A stretch of 64,000 bases of DNA from Planctomicrobium piriforme (GTDB lineage: Bacteria > Planctomycetota > Planctomycetia > Pirellulales > UBA1268): positions 5,219 to 69,218 of the forward strand of contig CAMBPQ010000004.1 of NCBI GenBank assembly GCA_945869735.1, given 5' to 3'. The notes beneath the pieces are model-generated. The model did no database searches. It was not told the origin of the DNA and saw nothing but the letters and a program-made list of their open reading frames with translations. Position numbers and translations under genes: made by a program. Shown one piece after another: positions 8,212 through 17,329 of the stretch. Positions within the stretch are counted from its first letter, which is position 1. Every line of letters begins with the position of its first letter.

Positions 8212-8296
8212 CTCCCGCCAGGAAGCCCCAAGCGCGAGCGCGGGGAATACGCCCACCACCCCAATCACGCCCCGGGCTCGCGGATGCCCCTGAGAA
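8212..8296 (+). repeat. R2 hairpin element, degenerate copy
   Basis: CCCGCCAGGAAGCCCCAAGCGCGAGCGCGGGGAATACGCCCACCACCCCAATCACGCC.. matches the R2 copies at 41457-41538 and 37843-37962. The right arm is eroded. Confidence 0.6.
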
Positions 8297-8403
8297 GACC
8301 GCCCTCCCCATGGCGTTTGCGGCTGGAAACGACTTGGCTTGCGGAAGCGGCGGTAGATGGCACACTTACGGGCTTCGCACACCGACCCCACTAGGTTTTT
8401 CCC

Positions 8404-9039
8404 ATGAGCGACACACTCGACGTTACCCTCCGCAAGGGCACTGGTTCCCGGGAGAGCCGCCGGCTCCGACGAAAGGGCTTGGTGCCCGCCATCCTCTATG
8501 GCCACGGCGAAAAGTGCGTCGACTTGGCTACCACGCGGGAAGCTGTTGTGGCCGCGGTTCGTCACGGAAGTCGCGTGGTGAACCTCACCGGAGCGGTGAA
8601 GACAGCCGCTCTCGTCCGCGAACTCCAGTGGGACACCTACGGCGTCGAACCGCTCCACATCGACTTTCTCCGCGTCAGTGCCTCCGACCGCATTCGCGTC
8701 AAGGTGCCAGTTCAGCTGAAGGGCGAGTGCCCCGGCCAGCGGGCAGGCGGCGTGCTGAGCCTCGTCCTTCACGAACTCGAACTCGAGTGCACCGCTGATC
8801 ACGTTCCGGAGTTGATCCACGTTAACGTCGGCCACCTCGAACTCAGCCATACGATCAAGGTGAAGGATCTGGAACTCCTCCACGGCGCCAAGGCCGTGGC
8901 CGAAGGCGATGACACGGTCGTGAGTTGCATGCTGCCCCTCAAGAAGGGCGAGGAGGCCACCGGGGGTGCCGTCGCCGAGCCCGAGATCATCGGCCGCAAG
9001 GCTGCGGAGGAAGGGGAGGCGGACGCGGGCAAGGAGTGA
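8404..9039 (+). CDS. rplY: 50S ribosomal protein L25 / general stress protein Ctc
   Basis: 211 aa. N-terminus L..R...G...SRRLRRKGLVPAILYGHG is typical of L25/Ctc. Conserved prs-rplY-pth neighbourhood. Confidence 0.9.
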   Translation: MSDTLDVTLRKGTGSRESRRLRRKGLVPAILYGHGEKCVDLATTREAVVAAVRHGSRVVNLTGAVKTAALVRELQWDTYGVEPLHIDFLRVSASDRIRVKVPVQLKGECPGQRAGGVLSLVLHELELECTADHVPELIHVNVGHLELSHTIKVKDLELLHGAKAVAEGDDTVVSCMLPLKKGEEATGGAVAEPEIIGRKAAEEGEADAGKE

Positions 9040-9086
9040 CTTGGCAGGGGGTGACTTGGCAGGGCGTGACGTGACCGCCGAGCGAG

Positions 9087-9677
9087 GTGTCCAAGGCTCC
9101 TGGAATCCGCAGGGCGACCGTGAAACTCCTTGTTGGCCTGGGCAATCCCGGACACGTCTACCAAGACACGCGGCACAACATTGGCTTCGAAGTGCTCGAA
9201 GTGCTTGCCAAAAGGGCAGGCTCGCCGACGAGACGTCCGCGGTTCCAGGCCGAGACGGCCCAGGCGACGATCCGCGGTACCCCCGTCCTACTGCTCTGGC
9301 CCCTCACGTGGATGAATCTCAGCGGTTCCAGCGTGCTAGCGGCTAGGGACTTCTACAAGATCCCGGATTCTGACATGATCGTGGTGTGTGACGACTTCAA
9401 CCTCCCGCTCGACACCATCCGGATTCGCCCGGCAGGATCGGCCGGTGGGCAAAACGGGTTGTCCGATGTGCTGACTCGGCTCGGAACGACAACCCTCCCG
9501 CGGTTGCGACTGGGGATCGGGCCAGTGCCGGCGGGTTGGAAGTCGGCCGACTTCGTCCTCGGTAAGTTTCCGAAGATGGATCGGGATCGTGTAGGAGTGG
9601 TGTTAGAGCGGGCGGCGGACGCCGCAGAAGAATGGGTCGCACTGGGTATCCAGGCGGCCATGAACAAATACAACTAA
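9087..9677 (+). CDS. pth: peptidyl-tRNA hydrolase
   Basis: VKLLVGLGNPGHVYQDTRHNIGF is the Pth N-terminal signature. The true start is probably the GTG at 9120 (VKLLVGLGNPG) rather than 9087. Confidence 0.9.
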   Translation: MSKAPGIRRATVKLLVGLGNPGHVYQDTRHNIGFEVLEVLAKRAGSPTRRPRFQAETAQATIRGTPVLLLWPLTWMNLSGSSVLAARDFYKIPDSDMIVVCDDFNLPLDTIRIRPAGSAGGQNGLSDVLTRLGTTTLPRLRLGIGPVPAGWKSADFVLGKFPKMDRDRVGVVLERAADAAEEWVALGIQAAMNKYN

Positions 9678-9743
9678 GCGCCCCACGGCGTTTGACGGAA
9701 TCTAGACTTCGAAACGAAACGCTTGAAGAGGAGCACGACGGTC

Positions 9744-10145
9744 ATGGCGGTGTACGAAGGCATGTTCATCTTGGATCCGGCGAAGTTCACCCGGGATCCT
9801 GGGGCTGCGGCCCAGCAGATTGCGGATCTGATCACACAGCACGGCGGCACCGTGCTCGCGGCGCGGCTGTGGGACGAGCGGAAGCTCGCCTACCCGATCA
9901 AGGGCCATAAGAAGGGCATCTACTGGCTGACCTACTTCACGGTTCCCGGCGGCAATCTGATCGCATTCGACCGGCAATGCGAAATCACCGACGAGATCCT
10001 TCGCAAACTCATTCTCAAGATTGACGACCGGATCGCCGACGCAATGGTGCAGCATGCCCTCGCAGGGGACGCGGCGCCCCGCCGCGTTGCAGCACCCACC
10101 GCAGCTTCAGCTGCCATCGCAGCAACTCCAGCCGCCGCGGAATAA
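9744..10145 (+). CDS. rpsF: 30S ribosomal protein S6
   Basis: ORF 9723-10145 with start moved to MAVYEGMFILDP (ATG 9744). S6-like ..WDERKLAYPIKGHKKGIY.. followed by an Ala-rich tail. Confidence 0.9.
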   Translation: MAVYEGMFILDPAKFTRDPGAAAQQIADLITQHGGTVLAARLWDERKLAYPIKGHKKGIYWLTYFTVPGGNLIAFDRQCEITDEILRKLILKIDDRIADAMVQHALAGDAAPRRVAAPTAASAAIAATPAAAE

Positions 10146-10249
10146 AGTTTGGAGTGGCGTTCATAGAACCGCTTGCAACCTTCGGCCGGAGGGGCTATCC
10201 TGCTCGGAGTTATACAGGCGTTCAGTAGTCACGCAGGAGACAGAAAATC

Positions 10250-10747
10250 ATGGCTAGTTTCAATAGGGTCGTGCTGCTCGGCAACGTGACCCGCGATCCG
10301 GAACTTCGCTACATCGCAAACGGCACGGCCGTCACCGATATCGGACTGGCAGTAAACGACCGCCGCAAGACGCCGTCGGGCGAGTGGGTTGAGGAAACGA
10401 CGTTCGTCGATGTCACACTTTGGGGCCGGACGGCCGAAGTCGCGGGCGAATACGTCACCAAGGGGGCGCCGCTCCTCATCGAAGGGCGACTCAAACTCGA
10501 CACGTGGGAAAAGGACGGCAAGAAGAACTCAAAGCTCCGCGTGGTCGGCGAGCGGATGCAACTCCTCGGCTCGAAGGGTGATGGTCCCCGTGGCGAGGGG
10601 CGGCCCTCCAAGGCCCGCGGAACTGGCGATCGTAGCGCCCCCCCTCAGGGCGGCGAAGACTTTGGCCAGCCCGAGGGTGATTATGATGCCCCGCAGGTTC
10701 AATCGGGCCATTCGGGCGTCGGCGCCGACGACGATATCCCGTTCTGA
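10250..10747 (+). CDS. ssb: single-stranded DNA-binding protein
   Basis: [21 protein letters not shown]...OB fold..., Gly-rich linker, and the acidic C-terminal tip DDDIPF. Confidence 0.95.
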   Translation: MASFNRVVLLGNVTRDPELRYIANGTAVTDIGLAVNDRRKTPSGEWVEETTFVDVTLWGRTAEVAGEYVTKGAPLLIEGRLKLDTWEKDGKKNSKLRVVGERMQLLGSKGDGPRGEGRPSKARGTGDRSAPPQGGEDFGQPEGDYDAPQVQSGHSGVGADDDIPF

Positions 10748-10826
10748 TCCCACAGCCGATCACTGGCGGCCCACAGGCCATTTCCAAACGCTATCAATAA
10801 TCTCTGACCGTAGCAGGAGCTGAACC

Positions 10827-11360
10827 ATGCCCATGAAAGTTGCCCCTCTCATCGAAGCGACCGGCCGCCGCCTGCCCAAAGGCAAGCGGGGTGGCATCGA
10901 GTTGCTTCTTGTCCACAACGTCGAACACCTCGGCAAGCAGGGCGAGGTCATCGAAGTGAAGCGGGGCTATGCCTACAACTACCTGCTGCCTCAGGGGCTG
11001 GCGACGGTTGCCACCGAGCATCACAAACGCATGGTGGAGAAGCACCGTACCAAACTCGAAGAGATCGCCCGGGAGCGTCTCGCCGGCTTGCGAAGCGTCC
11101 TGCAAGAACTGATCCGCACCAGCGTCACGATCGAAGCCAACGCCAACGACGAGGGCCATCTCTATGGCTCCGTCGGCGCCGCGGAGATTTCGCGGTCGCT
11201 CAAGCAGCAGGATCTCATGGTCTCGGCCGAGCAGATCATCCTGCAGGGGCCCCTCAAGGAGGTCGGTCTCTACACGGTGAAGGTCAAGCTCGCGCCGGAG
11301 GTCGAAGGTGACCTCAAGGTGTGGGTGGTGCCAAGCAGCAGTGAAGCCGGCGCCAAATAA
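10827..11360 (+). CDS. rplI: 50S ribosomal protein L9
   Basis: ..IELLLVHNVEHLGKQGEVIEVKRGYAYNYLLPQGLA.. is the L9 N-domain. About 24 extra N-terminal residues suggest the start may be later (TTG near 10902). Confidence 0.9.
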   Translation: MPMKVAPLIEATGRRLPKGKRGGIELLLVHNVEHLGKQGEVIEVKRGYAYNYLLPQGLATVATEHHKRMVEKHRTKLEEIARERLAGLRSVLQELIRTSVTIEANANDEGHLYGSVGAAEISRSLKQQDLMVSAEQIILQGPLKEVGLYTVKVKLAPEVEGDLKVWVVPSSSEAGAK

Positions 11361-11462
11361 GACAACGCGGTAAGACAACGCTGCAAGAGAGCGCGATCGG
11401 GCAACCCGGCTTCGATTGCGTGTTGATGGTGACGTGGGCTTGCTGGGCACGGAGGCTCGACG

Positions 11463-12926
11463 ATGGCTGCATCCCGTGACGGAAGCCGCGCCGGCGGGGC
11501 TCGAGAGCGGCGGCAGCCCCGTCGTGAGCATGACGGCCCGGCGGCGGCCATGCTACTCGACACCCGTGAACGGCCGGCCAACGTCGACGCCGAGAAGGCT
11601 GTGCTCGGTAGCATCCTGCTGAAGCCCGATGTCTGCGACGACGTCGCGCTTATTCTGCGGCCCGAGGATTTTTCCGACGAGTCGCATCAACTGCTCTACA
11701 AGCACCTGCTGGATCTGCACGACTCGGGCAAGCGGATCGACGCCACAATCGTGGTGGAGCGGCTCCGCACGCAGGGCGATTTCGACAGAATCGGCGGGGC
11801 GGCGACTCTGGCGGACGTCGTGCAGGCGGTGCCCCATGCGGCGCATGCCACGCACTACGCCACGATCGTCCGTGACAAGGCTCTCCTGCGGTCGCTGATC
11901 GATGCCGGCACCGACATTCTCCGCGACGCCTACGACGCGTTTGACGAACCGCGGCAACTCCTGGCCCGGGCGGAAGAGAAGATCTTCTCAATCCTCGAAC
12001 GGAGAAGCTCGGCGGAGGCCAAGCCGATCCAGACGGTGCTCGAGGAGGTGATGGTGCGCATGGACGCGCGGATGAAGCACGAGCACACAATCGGTGGTGT
12101 GGAGACTGGCTTCTCCGACCTCGACGCGCTCTGCGGCGGCCTGCACAACTCCGAACTGGTGATTTTGGCGGCCCGGCCCAGCATGGGAAAGACGGCCCTC
12201 GCGATGAACATCGCGGAGCATGTGGCGATCAACCTGAAGCAGCCGGCGCTATTCGTGAGCCTTGAGATGGCGAGCCTCGAACTCGCCGACCGACTCCTCT
12301 GCTCATCGGCCCAAGTCAATGGCCACCGGCTTCGTAACGGCACGATCTCACAGGAAGACCGCCGCCGGCTGGTGCAGAAGTCGTCTGAAATCGGCACATC
12401 ACCGCTGTTCATCGATGATACCCCCAGTCGCACGCTTACAGAAATCGCCGCCGTCGCTCGCCGTCTGAAGCGTAAGCAAGGCCTGACACTGATCGTGATC
12501 GACTACCTGCAGCTCATCGAGCCCGACAATCCCCGCGATCCGCGGCAGGAGCAGGTGGCGCGGATCGCACGACGATTGAAGGCGATGTCACGCGAACTCG
12601 ACATCCCGGTGCTCTGTCTCGCCCAGCTCAACCGGCAGGCCGAGGTCTCCCGCGACAATCGGCCGCGGCTCAATCACCTCCGCGAATCGGGGGCCATCGA
12701 GCAGGATGCCGACTTGGTGATGTTCGTACACCGTGAGGAGTATTATCAGACCAACGATGAGGACCGGGAACGAGTGCGCGGCCAGGCGGAAATCATCATC
12801 GCCAAGCAGCGAAACGGCCCGATCGGCGACGTGAAGCTCCTCTGGCAGAACGACTTTACTCGGTTCGTGAACCTCGAACACCGTCCCCACGACGAGTTCG
12901 AACAGTTCAATTCTTCGGGCTTCTGA
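11463..12926 (+). CDS. dnaB: replicative DNA helicase DnaB
   Basis: NVDAEKAVLGSILL.. N-domain, Walker A ARPSMGKTALAMN, and ..IVIDYLQLI... ATG 11550 (MLLDTRERP..) is an alternative start. Confidence 0.95.
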   Translation: MAASRDGSRAGGARERRQPRREHDGPAAAMLLDTRERPANVDAEKAVLGSILLKPDVCDDVALILRPEDFSDESHQLLYKHLLDLHDSGKRIDATIVVERLRTQGDFDRIGGAATLADVVQAVPHAAHATHYATIVRDKALLRSLIDAGTDILRDAYDAFDEPRQLLARAEEKIFSILERRSSAEAKPIQTVLEEVMVRMDARMKHEHTIGGVETGFSDLDALCGGLHNSELVILAARPSMGKTALAMNIAEHVAINLKQPALFVSLEMASLELADRLLCSSAQVNGHRLRNGTISQEDRRRLVQKSSEIGTSPLFIDDTPSRTLTEIAAVARRLKRKQGLTLIVIDYLQLIEPDNPRDPRQEQVARIARRLKAMSRELDIPVLCLAQLNRQAEVSRDNRPRLNHLRESGAIEQDADLVMFVHREEYYQTNDEDRERVRGQAEIIIAKQRNGPIGDVKLLWQNDFTRFVNLEHRPHDEFEQFNSSGF

Positions 12927-13974
12927 CTTCTGGCCGATGGCTGGCGTCTGGCCGACGGCGGTCGGTGCCGGGCGTGACGTCGAGTCCGAGCCCGTCGTCG
13001 TCGCCACGTTCGAGCCGCTCCCATCCGATCGCGCCCATCGCAGCGTTGTCGGTGCAGAGTACCCGGGGGGGGATGAGAATCTGCAACCGCCGCCGGCAAC
13101 CGAGTGCCTCGAGCGATTCCCGCAGCAGCGTGTTGGCGGCCACGCCCCCTCCTACGATCACACTCCTGCATCCCGTGCGTTCCACGGCGAGTTCCACCTT
13201 CGCAAGGATCGAGTCGACAACGGCCTGCTGGAACGAGGCCGCGAGGTCGGCGCGTTTTTGACCCTGCGGCGGCGGCACGTCGTCGGGAGCACCAGGTGGC
13301 CTGACGAGGTAGCGAAGCGCCGTCTTCAGACCGCTGAAACTCATGTCGAGCCGGTTGCGGTCGTTGGCCAGAGGCCGCGGCAGGCGATGGGCCTTGGCGT
13401 TGCCCCCCGCGGCAGCGCGTTCGATCTCCGGGCCGCCCGGATAACCGAGGCCGAGCAGACTGGCAGCCTTGTCGAAGGCTTCTCCGGCGGCATCGTCGAT
13501 CGTACCGCCGAGCCGCTCGGCATCGAGCGCCGCGCGGACATGGAACAACGACGTGTGGCCGCCGCTGGCTACGAGGCCGACGCACGGATAGGTCAATGCG
13601 TCGCCGTGGGCGAGGCGGCAGGCGTAGAGATGGGCGAGGACGTGGTCGTAGCCGACGATTGGAATGCGGAGTGCCGCCGCGATCGCCTTGCCAGCCGACA
13701 GACCCACGAGCAGCGATCCGACGAGCCCCGGCCGCACGGCCACCGCCACCGCCTCCAGGTCGCGCTTCGAAATGCCTGCCCTCGACACGGCCTCGTCGAT
13801 CACGGGAATGATCCGCTCAACGTGCGCCCGCGACGCCAGTTCCGGTACGACTCCTCGCCAGCGAGCGTGGAGCTGCTCCTGCGAAGCGACCACGCTCGAA
13901 AGCACCTCGCGGCTCCGCGTGATCACGGCGGCCGCCGTCTCGTCACAGGTGGTCTCGATCGCCAGCAGCGGCAT
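12907..13974 (-). CDS. tsaD: tRNA N6-adenosine threonylcarbamoyltransferase
   Basis: ORF 12907-14142 trimmed to ATG 13974 (MPLLAIETTCDETAAAVI..). Contains ..ASGGHTSLF.. The discarded N-terminus is a translation of R1 copy B. Confidence 0.9.
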   Translation of the reverse strand: MPLLAIETTCDETAAAVITRSREVLSSVVASQEQLHARWRGVVPELASRAHVERIIPVIDEAVSRAGISKRDLEAVAVAVRPGLVGSLLVGLSAGKAIAAALRIPIVGYDHVLAHLYACRLAHGDALTYPCVGLVASGGHTSLFHVRAALDAERLGGTIDDAAGEAFDKAASLLGLGYPGGPEIERAAAGGNAKAHRLPRPLANDRNRLDMSFSGLKTALRYLVRPPGAPDDVPPPQGQKRADLAASFQQAVVDSILAKVELAVERTGCRSVIVGGGVAANTLLRESLEALGCRRRLQILIPPRVLCTDNAAMGAIGWERLERGDDDGLGLDVTPGTDRRRPDASHRPEVRSPKN

Positions 13975-13999
13975 GTACGGCACCTTCGGCTCCGGACTC

Positions 14000-14174
14000 G
14001 AGCGCATTCGACTTACGCGTGTCGCCAGCTCGGGGGCGGCAAAAGTCTCGTCGCCGGGGCGAGGATACGCCCAAGGCTCCTCGAGCGTTCGCCGACCCCC
14101 CTCGCCTACCTCCTCCAAGGTGCCATCTCGACGCTGCACCAAAGGAAGATGCGTTCGAAAGCGAGAGCGTTCTA
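14000..14174 (+). repeat. R1 MITE-like element, copy B
   Basis: GAGCGCATTCGACTTACGCGTGTCGCCAGCTCGGGGGCGGCAAAAGTCTCGTCGCCGGGGCGAGGATACGCCCAAGGCTCCTCGAGCGTTCGCCGACCCC...GAGAGCGTTCTA. The final CTA (14172-14174) is the stop codon of the upstream minus-strand gene. Confidence 0.85.
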
Positions 14175-15320
14175 GAAGTCATACCACATGCCGATGCCGG
14201 CACGATTTTGATTATAGAACGTGAACTCGTATTGCGGATCGGAACCATAGAGGTATTCGAACCCGATCCGGAAGAGCTTCTCGCTCCGCCGTCCCCGCCA
14301 TGCCCAGCCGGCCTGCGTACAGACGTTGCCGCCCCAGTCGAGTTCCTGACGCGACATGCCATTGATGGCCAGGAACGGCGCGCCGCGGGCGCCCGTCGGC
14401 CTGGCCTGAATGAGTTCCGTACCGAACTGAAACTCCCATGGCTGCGAACCGCCGGAGTTGAAGAAGGCCCAGCCGACCTCGCCGTAGAGGCGCATCCAAT
14501 CGAAGAGATAGTAGGAGTTGCCCCAGACGAGCACGTCGCGGACGTAATTCACCCGGGGGAAGTCGGGGTATTTGAGCATCACCTCGTCGCCGAGGTGCGC
14601 GCTGTTGTGGTAATAGGCGAGCTTCGTCTGCCATCGGCCCACGCCGTAGACGAGCGGCACGCCAAAGCGGTAGTCGGCAGACCGGAGATCGCGGTCATCC
14701 TGCGGATCGAGTCTTACGAACGCGGCGCCCTCGATCTGTACCTCGAACCCCTGAGGATGGAGGACGGTGTCGGATCCGTAGCGGAGAATCGATGCCCGGC
14801 CCCCGAGGGTCGTATCCCAGAGCCAGTCGTTACTGACCGACGGATCCAACGGATCGGGCGCGGAATCCTTGTACCAGACCGACCCGATCCGCGACTCCTT
14901 CGGTCCGGCCAGGTAGCTCGTGTAGATGAGGTTATTGGGAAGCAACTGCCACGACCACGGCCGTGCTGCCCAGAGGTCGTCGAAGCAATCTGGATAGGCC
15001 GCATGCGGAGGCGCACAGACGTCGGGGCAATACTCCCCCGGATCGTATTCGCCGTCGAGGAGCACCGGCCCCTGTGGTCTGGTGGGCGGCAGTTCATGGC
15101 TGGGCAGTAATTCGCTGGAACCGTAGAACCCGTCGGCGAGCTGTTCGGACTGGGGCAATGTCTCTACGGTGGCGGGCGAACTCTCCTGGGCCACCGCGGT
15201 GGCCCAGACCCCCATCGCGACGACGGCCATCGCCAGTCGCCGCACGCCATACAGCGGCGTACGACGCGAACGACGTTCGCGCGGCGGCGGCACCAACTTG
15301 AAAATAGGCGTGGTGGGCAT
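14172..15320 (-). CDS. putative outer-membrane beta-barrel protein (possibly DUF1207-like)
   Basis: C-terminal 382 aa of the fused ORF 14172-17312. Start at ATG 15320 (MPTTPIFKLVPPPRERRSRRTPLYGVRRLAMAVVAMGVWATAVAQE, signal peptide). Alternating aromatic/Gly-rich strands. Terminal ..GIGMWYDF with C-terminal Phe is typical of OM barrels. Confidence 0.7.
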   Translation of the reverse strand: MPTTPIFKLVPPPRERRSRRTPLYGVRRLAMAVVAMGVWATAVAQESSPATVETLPQSEQLADGFYGSSELLPSHELPPTRPQGPVLLDGEYDPGEYCPDVCAPPHAAYPDCFDDLWAARPWSWQLLPNNLIYTSYLAGPKESRIGSVWYKDSAPDPLDPSVSNDWLWDTTLGGRASILRYGSDTVLHPQGFEVQIEGAAFVRLDPQDDRDLRSADYRFGVPLVYGVGRWQTKLAYYHNSAHLGDEVMLKYPDFPRVNYVRDVLVWGNSYYLFDWMRLYGEVGWAFFNSGGSQPWEFQFGTELIQARPTGARGAPFLAINGMSRQELDWGGNVCTQAGWAWRGRRSEKLFRIGFEYLYGSDPQYEFTFYNQNRAGIGMWYDF

Positions 15321-15573
15321 GAACCGAGTTCGAATGATTGCTGGCAGGCCGTGACCTACGGCAGCCATGGCTTGCAGACGCGTGCGGCCGCGGCGACACT
15401 CTAGAGGCCGTGGCCACGGCTTCCACAGACTGATCGGCATGGAGGAGGTGATTTCGAAAGGGGAGTCTTTCTCGGTTTCTGCAAAAGGTCCTGGCGCGGT
15501 AAGCGGCACAGGATCGAGAAGCCAGCGGATTGCCGCCCCTGCCACGTCCTCCCGTCCTGCCATCACCACGTAC

Positions 15574-16083
15574 ATGCAGCCGATGACCCAGACTGACATC
15601 CCCGTATCGACGCAGCCGGGAAGCGACCCGGCGATCGCCGCCGCACTAGGTCGGATCCCCAGCGGTCTGTTCGTCATCGCCTGGCGCGAAGACGAAGCGG
15701 ACCGCAGCATGCTCGCCAGTTGGGTGATGCAGGCGGGCTTTGCGCCGCCACTGGTGAGCATCGCAGTAGCGGCATCTCGAGACCTGCTCGCCGCACTCGA
15801 TCGCAACGCACCCTTCGTCGTGAGCGTGCTCGGTGAATCGCAGCGCTCGCTGCTCGCCCGATTCGGCAAGCCTGCAGCCGATGCATTTGACGGGCTCGCC
15901 GTGCACCGTGCGGCTAGCGGCGTGGCCGCGTTGGCCGATGCGGCCGCATGGATGGAATGCAGGCCTGTCACGCGGGCAGCCCATGGCGACCATGTCGTCG
16001 TGCTGGCCGAAGTCGTCTCCGGGGCTGCGATGGACGGCCTGCAACCGCTGGTGCATGTGCGGAAAAACGGGCTGCGGTATTGA
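15574..16083 (+). CDS. flavin reductase family protein
   Basis: ORF 15367-16083 trimmed to ATG 15574 (MQPMTQTD..). ..IPSGLFVIAW..ASWVMQAGFAPPLVSIAV..HVVVLAEVV.. fits the flavin reductase-like FMN-binding domain. Confidence 0.8.
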   Translation: MQPMTQTDIPVSTQPGSDPAIAAALGRIPSGLFVIAWREDEADRSMLASWVMQAGFAPPLVSIAVAASRDLLAALDRNAPFVVSVLGESQRSLLARFGKPAADAFDGLAVHRAASGVAALADAAAWMECRPVTRAAHGDHVVVLAEVVSGAAMDGLQPLVHVRKNGLRY

Positions 16084-16154
16084 CTTCCTGAATCGGCTTT
16101 GGAAAGTAAATCGCTCGACGACATCCCAGACACCTCCGGGGAGATGGTGCAGCG

Positions 16155-17327
16155 ATGACTTTCACGATAGATCCTCTGGGCAGCCACATTCGACTCTCCC
16201 TCCCGGGCTGGCTGGCGACATGGGCCTGTGCCGTGGGCCTCTTGCTCGGCTGTTCTGCCGGGAAGCCGACCCCGGGGCCCAGCGCGGGAGGAGGATCGCC
16301 CGCCGCCGGCATCACGGTGGCCGCGAAGCGGTTTATCTTCATCACCAACGGCGACGACCCGTTTTGGGATGCACTGCTCAGTGGCCTCAAAGAGGGTGAG
16401 CAACGATTCGCCTGCGCCGCCGCGGGCATCACCGTGTCCCGTGACGTGAACAACGCGTCGGCCGAGGGCCAGATCGAGCGGCTCCGGCAATACGCCACCC
16501 AGGACGACGTCGCCGGCATCGCCATCAGCGTGATCCAGGCCGACAACCAATCGATCGTCAAGGAGATGAAGAAGCTTCAGGCGAAGGGCGTCAAGGTGAT
16601 CACGGTCGACGGCGACGTGAACCGAAGTACGTTTCGCGATGCCAGACCCTACTACATCGGCACCGACAACATCGTCGGCGGGCGGACCCTCGGCACCGCG
16701 ACGCTGGCGATGCTCGAGGCCAAGGGGCAAAAAGAGGGCGGCTACGTCCAGTTCGCCGGCTTCACCGACAACGACAATGCCCGCAACCGCATGGACGGCG
16801 TCAAGGCGTCGCTCGGGACGAACTACGTCGAGCGCGACCGCATGGCTGACGAGATGGACCTGCCCCGGGCCCGCGACAACGTCCGCAACGCCACGCAGAA
16901 CCATAAGGATCTGGTGGCGCTCGTCGGCATCTGGGCCTACAACGCGCCGGCGATCGCCGACGTCGTTACTGAGAGTGGGACCCGCGACAAGTACGTCGTC
17001 GCGACCTTCGACGCGGCCGACCTCGCGATCGGGCAAATGGAGAAGGGAGCCATCGACGTGATGGTCGTTCAGAATCCGTTCGAGATGGGCGTGCGGACCG
17101 TTCGGCTTCTCAAGGCAATGGTCGAGAACGACGAGGCGGTGATCAAGGAGATGTACCCGCGGGCCGGCCAGCCCGATGGCGACGTCCACACGACCGGCCT
17201 GCGGGTGGTGGTGCCAGACGCATCGTCGCCGGTGAAGCCGGGGCTCTTCGACTCGGATGTGGTTGAGTTCATGACGCTGCCTGATTTCAAGGCGTGGTTG
17301 GCGAAATACCATCTCACCAGTTCCTGA
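16155..17327 (+). CDS. sugar ABC transporter substrate-binding lipoprotein (ribose/LacI-type periplasmic binding fold)
   Basis: Lipobox LLLGC|SAG, then FIFITNGDDPFWDAL.. and ..VKVITVDGD.. typical of Peripla_BP_4-type binding proteins. Followed by the permease and ATPase genes. Confidence 0.85.
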   Translation: MTFTIDPLGSHIRLSLPGWLATWACAVGLLLGCSAGKPTPGPSAGGGSPAAGITVAAKRFIFITNGDDPFWDALLSGLKEGEQRFACAAAGITVSRDVNNASAEGQIERLRQYATQDDVAGIAISVIQADNQSIVKEMKKLQAKGVKVITVDGDVNRSTFRDARPYYIGTDNIVGGRTLGTATLAMLEAKGQKEGGYVQFAGFTDNDNARNRMDGVKASLGTNYVERDRMADEMDLPRARDNVRNATQNHKDLVALVGIWAYNAPAIADVVTESGTRDKYVVATFDAADLAIGQMEKGAIDVMVVQNPFEMGVRTVRLLKAMVENDEAVIKEMYPRAGQPDGDVHTTGLRVVVPDASSPVKPGLFDSDVVEFMTLPDFKAWLAKYHLTSS

Positions 17328-17329
17328 CC

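Noticed and set aside
12937-14175. 412-aa plus-strand ORF.
   Set aside because: It is an antisense shadow of tsaD in GC-rich DNA. The sequence is Arg/Gly/Pro-rich and low-complexity with no motifs, whereas tsaD on the opposite strand has clear signatures.
14172-17312. 1046-aa ORF on the minus strand.
   Set aside because: Only the last 382 codons (14172-15320) look like a protein (signal peptide plus barrel). The remainder is antisense to the flavin reductase and the sugar-binding protein genes, which have clear family signatures.
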